NCBI GenBank assembly: GCA_903813345.2
Contig: CAIIXF020000001.1
Location: forward strand, 11,098,001 to 11,162,000
Length of the DNA: 64,000 nt
Source of the DNA: Owenia fusiformis
Taxonomy: Eukaryota
Direction: 5' to 3'
Shown: in pieces, positions 39,800 through 52,061 of the stretch
Layout of the letters: each line of letters begins with the position of its first letter
How positions within the stretch are numbered: position 1 is the first letter of the stretch
Made by a program: the position numbers and the translations under genes
Notes under the pieces: generated by a model
What the model was told of the DNA's origin: nothing
Seen by the model: the letters and a program-made list of their open reading frames with translations, nothing else
Databases searched by the model: none

Positions 39800-40533
39800 T
39801 AGCACATGCGTTTGCTGTCATACAAGTCTGATGAAAACAAGTATAAAATATAGCATAGCAGAGTGATAAACTGCGCAAATAATCCAGAATGAAGAATAGA
39901 TGGCATGCAAGTGTGCGGCATCAGTGAACAGCTCACAAACTATGAATAATGCTTCCACTGATGTTTGAATATCTGAGGCATTTAGGATAAAGCCGTTGTA
40001 AAGCTATGCCCTAAGCCAGACATATCAAGAAAAACCAAATAATATAATGTTGATGAAACTTCCGTGAACAATTCCATTAATTGCACTGAAGCCTTCTGCA
40101 ACGATTGTCAATGAATAACAGGTCGACAACCGTGTATATTGTCAGCTTAGAGAGCCTAACGTGTCTGAGTTGTGACACCACCGCCTACTCTTCATCTTGC
40201 ATCCTGCATATGTGCAAACAATGGGTGCAACTCATGCAACTGTTCGTTGCAACATGTACGGTAACAGGACTCTGTGTATGAACACTAATAGAGTGTCCGA
40301 GTGTTACACGAATTGAGTGTATGTATGAATAATGTAGAGTGGCATTAAAACAGAGCTATTTTTAATCTAATGTAAAGAAAATAGTGTACATAAATGTAAA
40401 TATGATGTATATATTTTATCAAACTTATGTGGAGGGCAAGTTCTTATTTATATACATTTGAAAAGAAGCACACTTTGATGTATTAGTAAGTGTATGCTAT
40501 TATTATGTCGGACATTCTAGATCTACTTTCCAT

Positions 40534-40650
40534 GCCTCAGTCACATTTGATCTACGGCAAACGAAAGGCGGTCGTAGCTTCCTAAAATCGAGAGAAATAT
40601 GTGAAGCTACGACCGCCTTACGGCCGCCGTAGAGCAAATGTGACCGAGGC
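40534..40650. mobile_element. Short palindromic Harbinger-like MITE
   Basis: gcctcagtcacatttgatctacggc ... gccgtagagcaaatgtgaccgaggc. Confidence 0.6.
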
Positions 40651-41899
40651 GTTAATACTAGTAGTTGAATATTGTTTCATAAGAAGAAAATACTGTAAAA
40701 TCTGCAAATTGAAACACTATTGGAACTTACCTAGATGGTGTTTCACCTCGGAGGTGTTCCACTTTCAGAGGTTCTATGTTAACATTGAGTCTCTGGTCAT
40801 GGGACGGTGAACATGTTTGACTTATGGAGGTGCTCCATTTACAGAGGTGTTCCACTTGGCATGTTTTTCTGAATCATATTTATTTAGAGCATTGGCTTTT
40901 CACAATGTGCGCATACTTAGCTGCACATGGGGATGGGGTATGGATAAATTTGAATGGCATCTGAGACATTTATCTATTCGTTATTTTCTGAATCTGTTTA
41001 GTGCATTAAATATATACCTGTTCAGAACAATGATATTTTTGAAATACATAATCATGATAAAATTAGATTTTGAATTATGAATCCATCGTCGTTGCTACAA
41101 GATCTAAATCTGAAGAAATGTCGTGTAACTAAATGGTAAAATATACTTATAATGAAACGGAGATCTTCATCTTTGTTGTTACACAGGAGAGCCATTGTAT
41201 GCCTGAAGTGAGTATGCGCAGATTCATCTAGAAAACGGTTTGAGAGAGTTAAATGTGTCATTTGATGATCAATCTTAACAATGAACCAGTTTTATACATT
41301 ATTACTAGAATAATAGATCTGATGTATAAGACTTAATGATATGAGCCTATCATTTTCAGTCTTGACATCCTCCTCCGTTACAAATGATACGTTGTTATAC
41401 ATAATACCTTAAATACATGTATGAAGTACAAATTCACAACCTTTATTTATTTATGTTCAAGTACGTTTCGAAAAAAGGTTGTAAATTTAAGGAAAGTGTT
41501 TTTTATGTATTAAAATGCCAACTTGAAAAACATGTTTAGGATGTTTGAAGTAGTTTGTTTTTTAGCTCAAAGATTACTGTATCATTTAAAATCTAAAAAG
41601 GTTATATGCAATTATGTTTATACATTCTAATATTCGCATTAGATGCAATAAATGTTCAGCTTATCGCTAGATTTAACAATTTCAATAGTATGTATAGTGT
41701 AAAATAATTCCATCATCAAAATGAAAGTGTAAGGCATGTACTTAGTGCAATTGAGTAAATGGCTTTTTAGATTTTTAAAAGTCATCATGAAATAAATATA
41801 AAATAATATGGCATGATTTTGTGTTTTTTATTTTGTAAACACGTGACGCGACGCTTTGTCTGTGATATAAATCAAGAGGTTATTGTGCTAGTCTTTCAC

Positions 41900-42666
41900 G
41901 TTTCCTGGTCATCTCAACCCCAAGTCAACTCAATCCCAAGTCAAGTCAACCCCAGTAAAACTCAACCCCAAGTCAACTCAACCCTGTAAAACTCAACCCC
42001 AGTAAAACTCAACCCCTATATTTCTATATATTGAAAGTTTATTTCGTAAAAATAATTCTGATTATTCAGTTTGTGTTTTTCATTCTTAGACCGCTGCCTT
42101 TTTAGATTATAGTTAATAATGAGTTTATCTCTGAAATGTCAACATGGTACTAATAGGATTAAAATATGGGTCATTTTTATTAATCTTGCTAATACATTTG
42201 TTTTGTTTTAATCCCTCTGAGGTTGACACTCTGGAAAACTGTAACATGACCATTGCTTTCCAGGGGCATAGCCAGCTTTCAGTCAGGAGGGATGCAATCG
42301 CCCAAAAATCAGAATTTCAGTCAGGGGTGCCGAACGTGGCATAAGCGAGCCAAAAAAGATATGCTTTGACAAAAAATGATGACTTCCTTCAAAATTGGGG
42401 GGGGGGTGCGCATTCCTCCTGGCTACGCCTATATACTTTCTACTCAAAGTATCATGTAAAATGCTTGATTTTCATATATGAATGACTTCAATTATTCATC
42501 ATAAAAAATTGAATTAGACATTGCAAAAATGAATAGGGTTGAGTTTTACAGGGTTTAGTTGACTTGGGGTTGAGTTTTACTGGGGTTGAGTTGAGTTGGG
42601 GTTGAGTTGAGTTGGGGTTGAGTTGGACTGGGTTGAGATGACTTGGGGTTGAGATGACCTGTCACC
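41900..42666. mobile_element. Foldback/MULE-like element with modular TIRs and 9-bp TSD; contains a smaller MITE at ~42261-42430
   Basis: Arms built of ~15-bp tcaacccc units in inverted orientation; TSD gtctttcac (41891-41899 and 42667-42675). Confidence 0.8.
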
Positions 42667-42685
42667 GTCTTTCACCGAGACCATA

Positions 42686-42914
42686 CAGGGTGTCACATAA
42701 ATATGTTCTCCCCTCCTTGACTTAAGCATCCAAATCAAATTGCATTAATTTTTTTCTACATGATATCTAAATTGTTCTTTAGCATATCAAAACTTGGCTT
42801 CACGGAGCAACTCCACAAAAAGTTTCAGATAACACGCTAAACTAGATGCACTTTTATGTACAAAAGTTCATTATTTTGAAATCAAAGGGGAGAACATATT
42901 TATTTGACACCCTG
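42686..42914. mobile_element. TA-flanked MITE (CAGGGTGTC family)
   Basis: TA|CAGGGTGTCACATAAATATGTTCTCCC ... GGGAGAACATATTTATTTGACACCCTG|TA. Confidence 0.85.
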
Positions 42915-43271
42915 TAGATTTACAATACGTTCTCCTTTAAAAGGCCCACTATACACTGTTGCTCATAAATATGGAATATTAGATTTTGCAACTCAGAATT
43001 CAAAGTTTGGAGTAAGAGAACATTTATTTGGAGTTGGCTCAGACATTTATTTTCTAGGCAAATCATAACCACATATTTCACCTACAAATCAACATTTTTT
43101 AGAGAAAAAATATTAACATTTAAGTTTAGAAAATTACTGCTACTTAAACAGGGGTACGCTAAGAATTTTTGCATTTTCAAAACACCCCGATCCAAATCGT
43201 CATGTAAAACAGGTCAAACAAAATAAACATCTGGTCATGACGATTGAAGTGTCCTCTATCCAATGATAGCA

Positions 43272-45900
43272 CTAATATGTGTTATGTCCTCTTTGTGCTG
43301 CAATCAGAGCATCAACCCTACGGGACCAGCATTGAATGCAGGGTTCGTACACCTTTTTCAAAATGAATTTCCCTGACAATTCCCTGACATTTCCAGGCAA
43401 AAAAGGAAATTTCCAGAACTAATTTTCCTCGCGCGCCCTCTAAAAAGTTTCAAACAACTGTATTATTCAAGACAAAAAGACTTATTATGAAACATTTGCT
43501 GTTTCTCCTTCAGTACCATTTCTCATGACTTAACTACTTGTACAGGCAGTCTTATTCACCAATTTATTCCTGATACATTTTATTTTTAATATTACATATT
43601 TTACATTGCATAAGGCCAAAGGTAAACATACATGTACAGGGGCATAGCCAACAAGTATCAAGGAGGTGCATCTTTTGGGGTTTGCATCACTGCGAGCGAA
43701 GGAAAACCAGAAGGGGGGTACGGGGGTTCACCCCTGGAAATTTTTCAAAATTGACAATTGTATATGGTGCATTCTAAGCATTTCAAACTATAATTTGTTA
43801 ATGTTTTGTAATGAATCCAAATGACAACTGAAACTTTAAAATTTTGATCAAAATCCTACTAGAAAAATAGCAACTCACTTGAGGGGCAATTCCCACCTAA
43901 TGAAACATATTGCTATTGAATACTATCATTGTGAACATTATATGATAGCAATAACCTGTCATTACTATTGTCTTCTCCCTTTTGGGAAAATTACACCAAA
44001 ACAATTGACACCGTATAAGAAATTCCTTCTCAAGTAGCATCACCAGATCACGAAAAGGCTCAGGCCTATGATACCAAATCAAATGATCAGTATTTTGTGT
44101 TATCAGGAATCAAATTTCTTTAAATTATCAAAAATTTTGAATTCAGAGACCATCTTGAATATTTCTTCTTGAGCAGGTCCTTTGTCCCTAAGGCTACATC
44201 ATACAAAATTTGAGCCAAAGTAAAATGCTGGGTTCATCTTTACAAGAAGAAAAATTTGGACCAAATTCAAAAACTGTTAATAGTACCCCACACACATTTT
44301 GGTTGCCTACTTCCATGTGCTAAGGTTTTCAAAATTGGCAAAGCCCCTGAACGTTGAAAAGACTGACGTACGATCGGACTGTCGAACAGACAGCTTCTTA
44401 ATATAAATACAATTTTACATTGTAAAGAACTCCCAGAATTTTTTTTGTTTTTCACCTCCCAAACCCCCCTCAGATTAACCCCTCATCAAACCATGAAATA
44501 TATACCAGTAATATATAACCAGTAACTTTGAATGGCCTAAGACTAAGCTTACTACATAAAGAAGCATAATTGTATTAAATCATCTATACATTATTTTTAT
44601 TGTTCGGTTTCAGTGTAATGTTCACACTGTTCTTACAAATAGACAATACCAGATCTAATGTCATTCAACCAACCCTAATGAAAAGATTTTCAATTTGTGG
44701 AAACAACTAGATGATTTTGGATTTCACTTATATCCTGTCATAGCCCTAAAATGTATTTTGCTGGAACATTATTCCTTCAACATTGATACAAAATTTCCTG
44801 ACATTTCCCTGACACATCTACTGTTTCAAAATTCCCTGACATTTTTGGCCCTTTTTGACCCAATTTTAAAATTCCCTGACATTTCCAGCACCTGGAAAAA
44901 TAAATCAATTTCCCTGACATTTCCAGGTGTGTACGAACCCTGGAATGAAACATCTGACCTTTCAAAGTGAAATAAGGCCCCATTTCTCAATCTGGGCAGT
45001 GCGTAACGTGTCTAAATTTTGAGGTGGGGGTCCAAGTCACGAATCCCATTACCAAGGTCGTCCCACATTTGCTCTGCATTAGCCTGATTGGGTGACTTTT
45101 GTGTCCATAGTAGCTGGTCTACATTGCCTGCCCTGATGTAATCCAGCAGGATGCCTCTAGCATATGCAACAGCATGATCATTCTGCAGTTGAATGTTGCC
45201 CCAAAACACTCTGTTTACATGTGGTACTTGATGGAGGTCCAAAAGGTCAATTTAGTCTAAAATTATGTTTGGGAATCACCAAGGGGGTGCAATTTCTGTA
45301 GTACTGCTCCAAACAACCTCTGTAATACTGCTCCAAACATAAATAGGTTCGCCTTCATGGACTGCCACATCAGTAAGTGTCCTTATTGTCTCTTTCCCCT
45401 GGTCTACGACAGAAACGAACACAATTATCCACTTTGTGGAGGACACATCTTATTTCTTCACATGCTGTCATATGACACCAAAGATTAGGTCCAATGTTTT
45501 GGTGCTTTCCTGCCCATTGAAGGCACCTTTCTTTGTTATGATCAGTCAGCTGTGGTCTCTTTAGAGGTCTCATGGCCTTGCATCCGTTATAAATAAATCA
45601 CTGGTTGTCTATAGCTCTGGAACACGGGTTTTGAAGTGAGACAGCCATTCATCTCCTAGACTACTGGTTGACTTAAAGCGATTTTGATGACATAAATGCA
45701 GCAGGTGGTGGTCTTTTCTTACATTATTCTCTCTGGGGCTACTATTTCTGTGACCTGGAGTCATATTCCAGTGCCTTTGGTACCACTGCAAAATTTTAGG
45801 GACTGTTCCTGACACACCCCTAGGGTCCTGGCAATGGCAGTTTGTTTCATGCCAGAGAGCGCCATCCCTATGACCTGCCATGCTATTTTTCGCTTATTCT
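43272..45900 (-). pseudogene. Tc1 DDE transposase pseudogene
   Basis: Frameshifted fragments (ORFs 45609-45881, 45370-45573, 45012-45242), degenerate catalytic motifs, split by a 1.6-kb insertion. Confidence 0.85.
43339..44942. mobile_element. hAT-like non-autonomous element with 5-bp TSD, nested in the Tc1
   Basis: TIR CAGGGTTCGTACAC / GTGTACGAACCCTG; TSD gaatg (43334-43338 and 44943-44947); subterminal ttccctgaca repeats. Confidence 0.85.
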
Positions 45901-47573
45901 ATGGGGCATGCCTTCTAAAAACTCTTCCAACTCTAAATTAAATTTTTACGAAATGTGCACAATGATTACAACTAAGATTTGGACACCTCTTTCAAGTTAC
46001 CAATATCATGAGGTCATTGGGTCACCTAAGTGAATACAAGTTTAATCAACCATAAATGTTTTAACATTTCATACCAATCAGTTTTATATGCAAAACTGAT
46101 GAGGGAATGAGAACACATTACAAATTTTCATCAAAATGTATATCATTTTGTAAAAATTCCATCGAACAGTTCGTATCTATAAAATATTCCATATTTATGA
46201 GCAACAGTGTACTTAATTTAGAAGAAAAAAGAAAAAATTATCATTGAAACATATTGCTCACACACTCGCTCAAATATGAAACAAAGTTTGTTTTGTTTTA
46301 ATATTGAACCAAGAAAAAAATAACTCACATGAAAAAAAGCATTTGAAGTTCAGAGATCATTAGACATGCATGCACGTGCTAAACAAAGTGCATGTTTTAA
46401 TGATATTGATAAAAACTTGTATAAAGCTTGACATAACGAAAATATTTTTTGATTATTTATTGTAAACTTTGATGTGGTCAGTTTGAGCTGTTGTTGGTGA
46501 AAGGTTTCTTAGCAATACATTGAACATTCTGCAGAGTGTCTCAAAAAATGTTACACTCACAAAAAGTTCAATATCTTTCATAAATTTGACTTTTCCCGTA
46601 AAATATACTTTGACGTGTTTTATGATGCTCCTATCCCATATGTGTACATTTTTCTCAAAAACGTCACATTCTGTGGTGTTATAAAGCGAAAATGTGTAAC
46701 AATGCGTGCGCGACCTTTTTGCGACACGTCTTTGGATACCAACAGACAAATCTTTCTCGAATAATTTGACACCATCAGATTCAAAATCTGTCCTTGATTG
46801 GCTCCACAGGACAGCCTTTAGTGTCCCATAGTAAAATCTGACTTGCGGCAACTTCTAAGTGATTGGATGGACCAAATGACAAAAGAGGAACAGTTTCTTT
46901 AAAGCTACGTTCACACCAATGGCGCTTTGATGGCGCTTTAAAGCGGCTTGTAAAGCGGCACTAAAGTGTAACAAAGCTTCATTAAAGCGTCGGGGTCGTA
47001 ATAGGTATTAGAAAAGCTCGGAGTAAAGCGGGATATTCGGCAAGAGCGCAAAAAATTAAAACTGTTCAAGCTACGTTCGCACCAACGGCGCTTTGATGGC
47101 GCTTTAAAGCGGCTTGTAAAGCGGCACCAAAGCGTAACAAAGCTTGATTAAAGCGTCGGGGTCGTAATAGGTCGTAGAAAAGCTCGGAATAAAGCAGGAT
47201 ATTCGGCAAGAGCGCCAAACATTTTTAAAGCTACGTTCACACCAACGGCGAATGCCACGCTTTAAATCGGTGAGCAAAGCGCCGTCATTTTTGTTTACTT
47301 TTCCAAAAATATCACGATCTCCTTAGTAATGTTACGTTCTGATAAGCTCTGATACGTTCTGATTTCCCGACTTGTTACGGTTCCTCACGCTATGATCCCG
47401 CTTCGACCAGGCTTTGTTACGCTTAAAATCACGCTTTGATAAGCTTTGGTAAGCATTATTACGCTTTGATGCGATAATGACGCTTGAATCAGGCTCTGAT
47501 ACGATTGCCAAGCTCTGTTGTGCATTTTCGAGATCGCCTTTATCATGACGCTTTTGATCAAATGGCTGTATAA

Positions 47574-50500
47574 AGCCCCCCTCACATATGAACGAAAACC
47601 TCTTTACGTCAACTTGCGTATAGTGGCGAATAGGAAATTAGTCAAATTCGTTCTCATTAGTACGGGTTCGTGACAGTACGTCGCAGTGTTCGTATAGATG
47701 CGTTTGTCAGCGTTTCCCTCGGTTGAAATTAGTCTTTTTCGTCGGAAAATTTTGAACATGTTCAAAAAATTGCAGCGAATAAAAGTTTCGTGTGGCATTC
47801 GTTGAAATTCGTTTCAATGCGTTAATTAACGATCGGTTAACCTTCGCATTGGCTTCGTCAAGTGACGTTTCAGGTCGCTGGGGATAAGGTCGTATCCCCA
47901 TAATTTGCATATCAAGCGACTGACGACGATCCCATAACGAACCATTACGAACCATTGCGGCAGTTTGCAACCTTGTACGCAGTGGAATGAATACTTACGA
48001 ATTGGATCTACGTTAAGCTGAATAATTGAGAGAATACCAAATTAAATCAAATAATTCTTTTGTCATGGAAGACACAGATCGACTGAGGCTGCAGTATGTG
48101 GCTGCTATGGCCCAGCAAGAAGTTTTAACGCAGCAACTTAACATTCATGAGTTCATCAGAGGCCGTTTTAGGCGGAGAAGAGGAGCCAGAGGACGTGGCA
48201 TCTGGAGGAGACAATGGTTGAATCCAGAGAGACGGCGCCAATTCGGCATATATGATCAGCTCATGGTGGAGCTGAGAAGAGAGGACCCCAGAACATTCAA
48301 AAAGTTTCTCTGTATGCCAACAGAGATGTATGACGAAATCTTTGAGAGGGTCCGTCCTCGGCTATGGCTATGGTACAGAGAGCCTTTAGGTCCAGGCCTC
48401 AAATTAGCTGCCACTATTCGCCACCTGGTTTCTGGTGCCAAGTACTCTGACATGCAGTACTCCTGGCGGGTTGCTGAGAATACCCTCTCTGTAGTGGTAA
48501 GAGAAGTCTGTCAAGCTATATGTGACGAATATGTTGATGAGGTCATAACAGCCCCCTCCACACCTGAAGAATGGACACAATTGGCTGATGGTTTCCTCGA
48601 GAAGTGGAACTTTCCAAATTGCGTTGCTGCAATTGATGGCAAACACATAGCCATCAGAAAGCCTAATAGCTCTGGTTCCTTATATTATAATTATAAGGGT
48701 TTCTACAGCATCATCTTACTGGGAATTGTCGACTCAGACTACAAGTTCGTGTGGTGTGATCTGGGTGGTGAGTAAACTCTACATACGTTACTGCATTAAT
48801 TTTGTAATTATATAGATTTAATACAATTATAGCTATATTTGCAATGTATACTGACAATATTTTATCCTCCTACTCTTGTATAATTTCAGGATATGGTTCA
48901 AGTGGAGATGCCAGGATCTATAATGCATCGGAATTCTTGGAGATAGTGCAGGATGGTTCGATCGCATTTCCACACCAACAGCCATTTCCCAACGACACCG
49001 TTGATGTGCCTTTTTCTAGGTAGGGGATGACGCATTCAGCCTCAGTGATCACATGCAGAAGCCCTATGGACATAGAACCCTCACTAGAGAGGAAAGAATT
49101 CTAAACTACCGGTTATCGAGGGCTAGGAGGGTTTCAGAAAACGCCTTTGGAATTTTGGCCAACCGATTCCAGGTACATTGTAATTTATTATATTTGTCGG
49201 CGAAACAAACAGTTAAACTCCAAGTTCCTGGGACTATCTAGATACGTTTATTCGACTTCGAGTAAATGGGACTTCATTCGAACTTCCGCTAATTGAGACA
49301 TGAAAATAGTATGTTTTGTTTGATAAATAATTTGAAAGATGCGCATAAATTGGAACCAACTGAGATCCACATTCGACCTATGACAGTTTAACTATTAATC
49401 CGTATTTTCAAATTAATTCAATTTAACGCATAATAACATTTCAGGTACTCCTCTCAACGATGAACCATAAGCCATCCACAGCGAGGCTGATAGTCAAGCC
49501 ATGCTGAATTCTCCACAACTTGATGAGAATGAGGTACCCTACAATGCAAAATGCTCTGATTGACCAAGAGGACAGAAGAGGCGACATGGTTCCTTGGGAA
49601 TGGAGGAGAGATCGCAACTAGGAAGATGTCAGGCCTGTCAATATCAGAGGCCACAACACAGCAAACAAAAAGGGGAAGATTGTGAGAAATACTCTGAAGC
49701 ACTGGGTCAACTCTCCAGCAGGAAGTGTACCATGGCAAGACAGGATCGTGCCAAATTAAAGGTTGGACTTCGAGAAATAATCTAAAGCACTGTGTCAACT
49801 TGAAATTAAGTGTAATTTGCCTGACATAAATTGTAAAAACTAGTTTAAACGTACTTTTGTTTTACGAGTCTAATAATAAGAAATGTATTGATATAATATC
49901 AAAGGGAAAATACCAAACATGATCAGAAAACACAAGAGAAACAAAATCTTTAAGCGAATATTGTCATTAAAAACAAACCCCAACTATCCCAAATGAAATT
50001 CAAGCGTCAAAAGAAACAGTGTCCAACACCCCTTCCCTTCCATTCTAATATCAAATATTACGACCCAAAACCATAAAACATAGGGATATTTCATCCAAAC
50101 TGAAGTAATTACAATAATTGCTTGGCATGGTAACCAATTGTACGTGTTAATAACATTCCCAATGGATGATCACTGTATGAATTTCAAATCTGTGTTGACT
50201 ACGACCTCTTAATTAAGGTAGACTATGTTAGAAATTGACCCTTACACTTTTCGCAAAGGTTCGTTTAGATTCGGAAGCATGCGCACAATTGCGCTTTGGT
50301 TCGCATGTATGCGTTGTTAATCGCTGACGGGAATCGCTGACGCCTCCTGCTTTTCGTAAGGCTTTGTTCAGATTCGGAAGAATGCGAATAATTACGGTTT
50401 ATTTCGCATGTATGCGTTATTACTCGCTGAAGAGGATGTCAAAGGTTGCTCGCGAGACGCAACGCATCTTAGCGAAGAAAAGTAGTAATTCGTCACACTT

Positions 50501-50663
50501 CGTAAAACATTCGCAACAAATAGTTACCTTACATTACTATTCGTTATGTTTTCTATTATGTAACATATTTTTAAACATTTTCGCTCAATATTCGCCAGAA
50601 ATGACTAATTTACCACATGCGTCAGGCTGCGTTTGGTAGATTCGTTCATATGTGAGGGGGCCT
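47574..50663 (+). mobile_element. PIF/Harbinger transposon (3.09 kb) nested in the element above
   Basis: TAA TSD; TIR AG(C/G)CCCCCTCACATATGAACGAA; encodes a Harbinger DDE transposase. Confidence 0.92.
48065..49759 (+). pseudogene. Harbinger (HARBI1-type) transposase, 3 exons, recently inactivated
   Basis: Exons 48065-48767, 48890-49172, 49445-49759. Motifs FPNCVAAIDGKH, YYNYKGFYSI, GDDAF, NYRLSRARRVSENAFG, LHN, VPWQ. Frameshift at ~49010-49020 and stops at ~49505 and ~49619. Confidence 0.9.
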
Positions 50664-51563
50664 TAAAGATGCAGTAGATCCATAAAACCATTGCATCTTT
50701 GACTCGAAAAGACAATTGCAGAACAACAAGATCAAGAAATCCCAGATGGACCAGATCGTTACCTATCTGAAGAAGACATTATGTTTGTAGCATGATGCCA
50801 AGCGTTTCAATCCTTGATTAAAGCGTCTCAATTCGTTAAAAAGCTTGAGAGTCCTTCATGAAAGCGCAACAAAGAGTGTCAGATATTGATGAAAGCGTCT
50901 GACCCCGTGTCAGATCTTCATGCCAGATCGTATTAAAGCTTGAGACATCTAAACGAAGCGTGTCAAGTGGTAACAGACCTTGAAGAGACTGGGGTCCCCG
51001 CTTTGAACCAAGCTCTGTTAAGCTTTCCTACGCTTTGGGTCGAGCTTTGTTGAGCTTTGTTACGGTTTCTTAAGCTTTGATACGCTCTCGGCGCTTTAAT
51101 CAATTCGTAACGGATCGCCCAAAATTTTTAAACAGTTTAAAATTTTTTGGCGCTCTTGCCGAACATCCCGCTTTCCTCCGAGCTTTTCTACGACCTATTA
51201 CAACCCCGACGCTTTAATCAAGCTTTGTTACGCTTTGGTGCCGCTTTACAAGTCGCTTTAAAGCGCCATGTTTTGGGGCCGCTTTGCTCGCCGATTTAAA
51301 GCGTGGCATTTGCCGTTGATGTGAACGTATCTTTAACATTTAACATTCTTCTGAGCAGAAGCTTGACCTTTGCGAGTCATTCTGTCATTTTCCAATTTGT
51401 CTTACATATGGTCATTTGGTCTATCCACATAAACATGTGGTCCCCTCAACATGTTGAATGTGAAAGCAAATCTGAGGATTTGAGGTACCCTTGCCCATGC
51501 AAACATGCATTGTAATATCACACTGATTCCATCAATTATTTTTGTAGAAGTTCATTTAAGTTA

Positions 51564-52061
51564 GTTTGTGGTGCTGTAAAGCGCTTTCAGAGGCCCTTCA
51601 AAAAAGCTAGGGTGTAAAGTGGGAGGACCCTGGGGGCCAATCAATTGGGTAATTCAATGCTATTTTCTGATTTCAAAAGAGTTCTACCAGACGATCTGCC
51701 ACAGGCCTTTGCACCATCCTTTTAACCATCCTTTGACAATGAAATGTTGTATTTCTATCCAGGAAAGAAACAACTGGACCATTGATCATATCAAGATATC
51801 ACTGTCCACAGCATTCCAAGACCACATGTCCAACCACTGAGAAGTTGGCGCAAATCAGATTTCACATGCGTCTTTAAAATCTGCCCTGTGCAGCCAATCA
51901 TGGACGGATTTTGAATCTGATGGTGTGAATTTATTCGAGAAGGGTTGGTCTTTTGGTATCGAAGTATATTTTAAAGGAAAAGTCAAAATCATGAAAGATA
52001 TTAAACTTTTTGTAAGTGTAACATAGTTGGCCTTTAAGTTTAATTCTGTCAATATTTTATA
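51564..52061 (+). repeat. ~500-bp near-identical direct duplicate of 56779-57276
   Basis: Offset 5215 bp; twin ORFs 51619-51840 and 56834-57055 differ at 2 aa; a diverged inverted relative lies at ~46520-46885. Confidence 0.92.

Larger units (their letters stand above)
42954..46209 (-). mobile_element. Decayed Tc1/mariner transposon, interrupted by a hAT-like MITE
   Basis: TA TSD; perfect TIR CACTGTTGCTCATAAATATGGAATATT. Minus-strand transposase remnants RPLKRPQLTDHNKERCLQWA, QNDHA, WTQKSPNQANAEQMWDDL, and C-terminus RRVDALIAAQRGHNTY* (~43272-43330). Confidence 0.9.

Noticed and set aside
46453-46851. 132-aa ORF with similarity to ORFs at 51855-52052 and 57070-57333
   Set aside because: The similarity appears on opposite DNA orientations of a repeat family, so it reflects non-coding repeat identity rather than a protein family.
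48065-49759. Domesticated HARBI1/ALP1-like host gene
   Set aside because: It lies within intact TIRs and TSD and has a frameshift and two stops.
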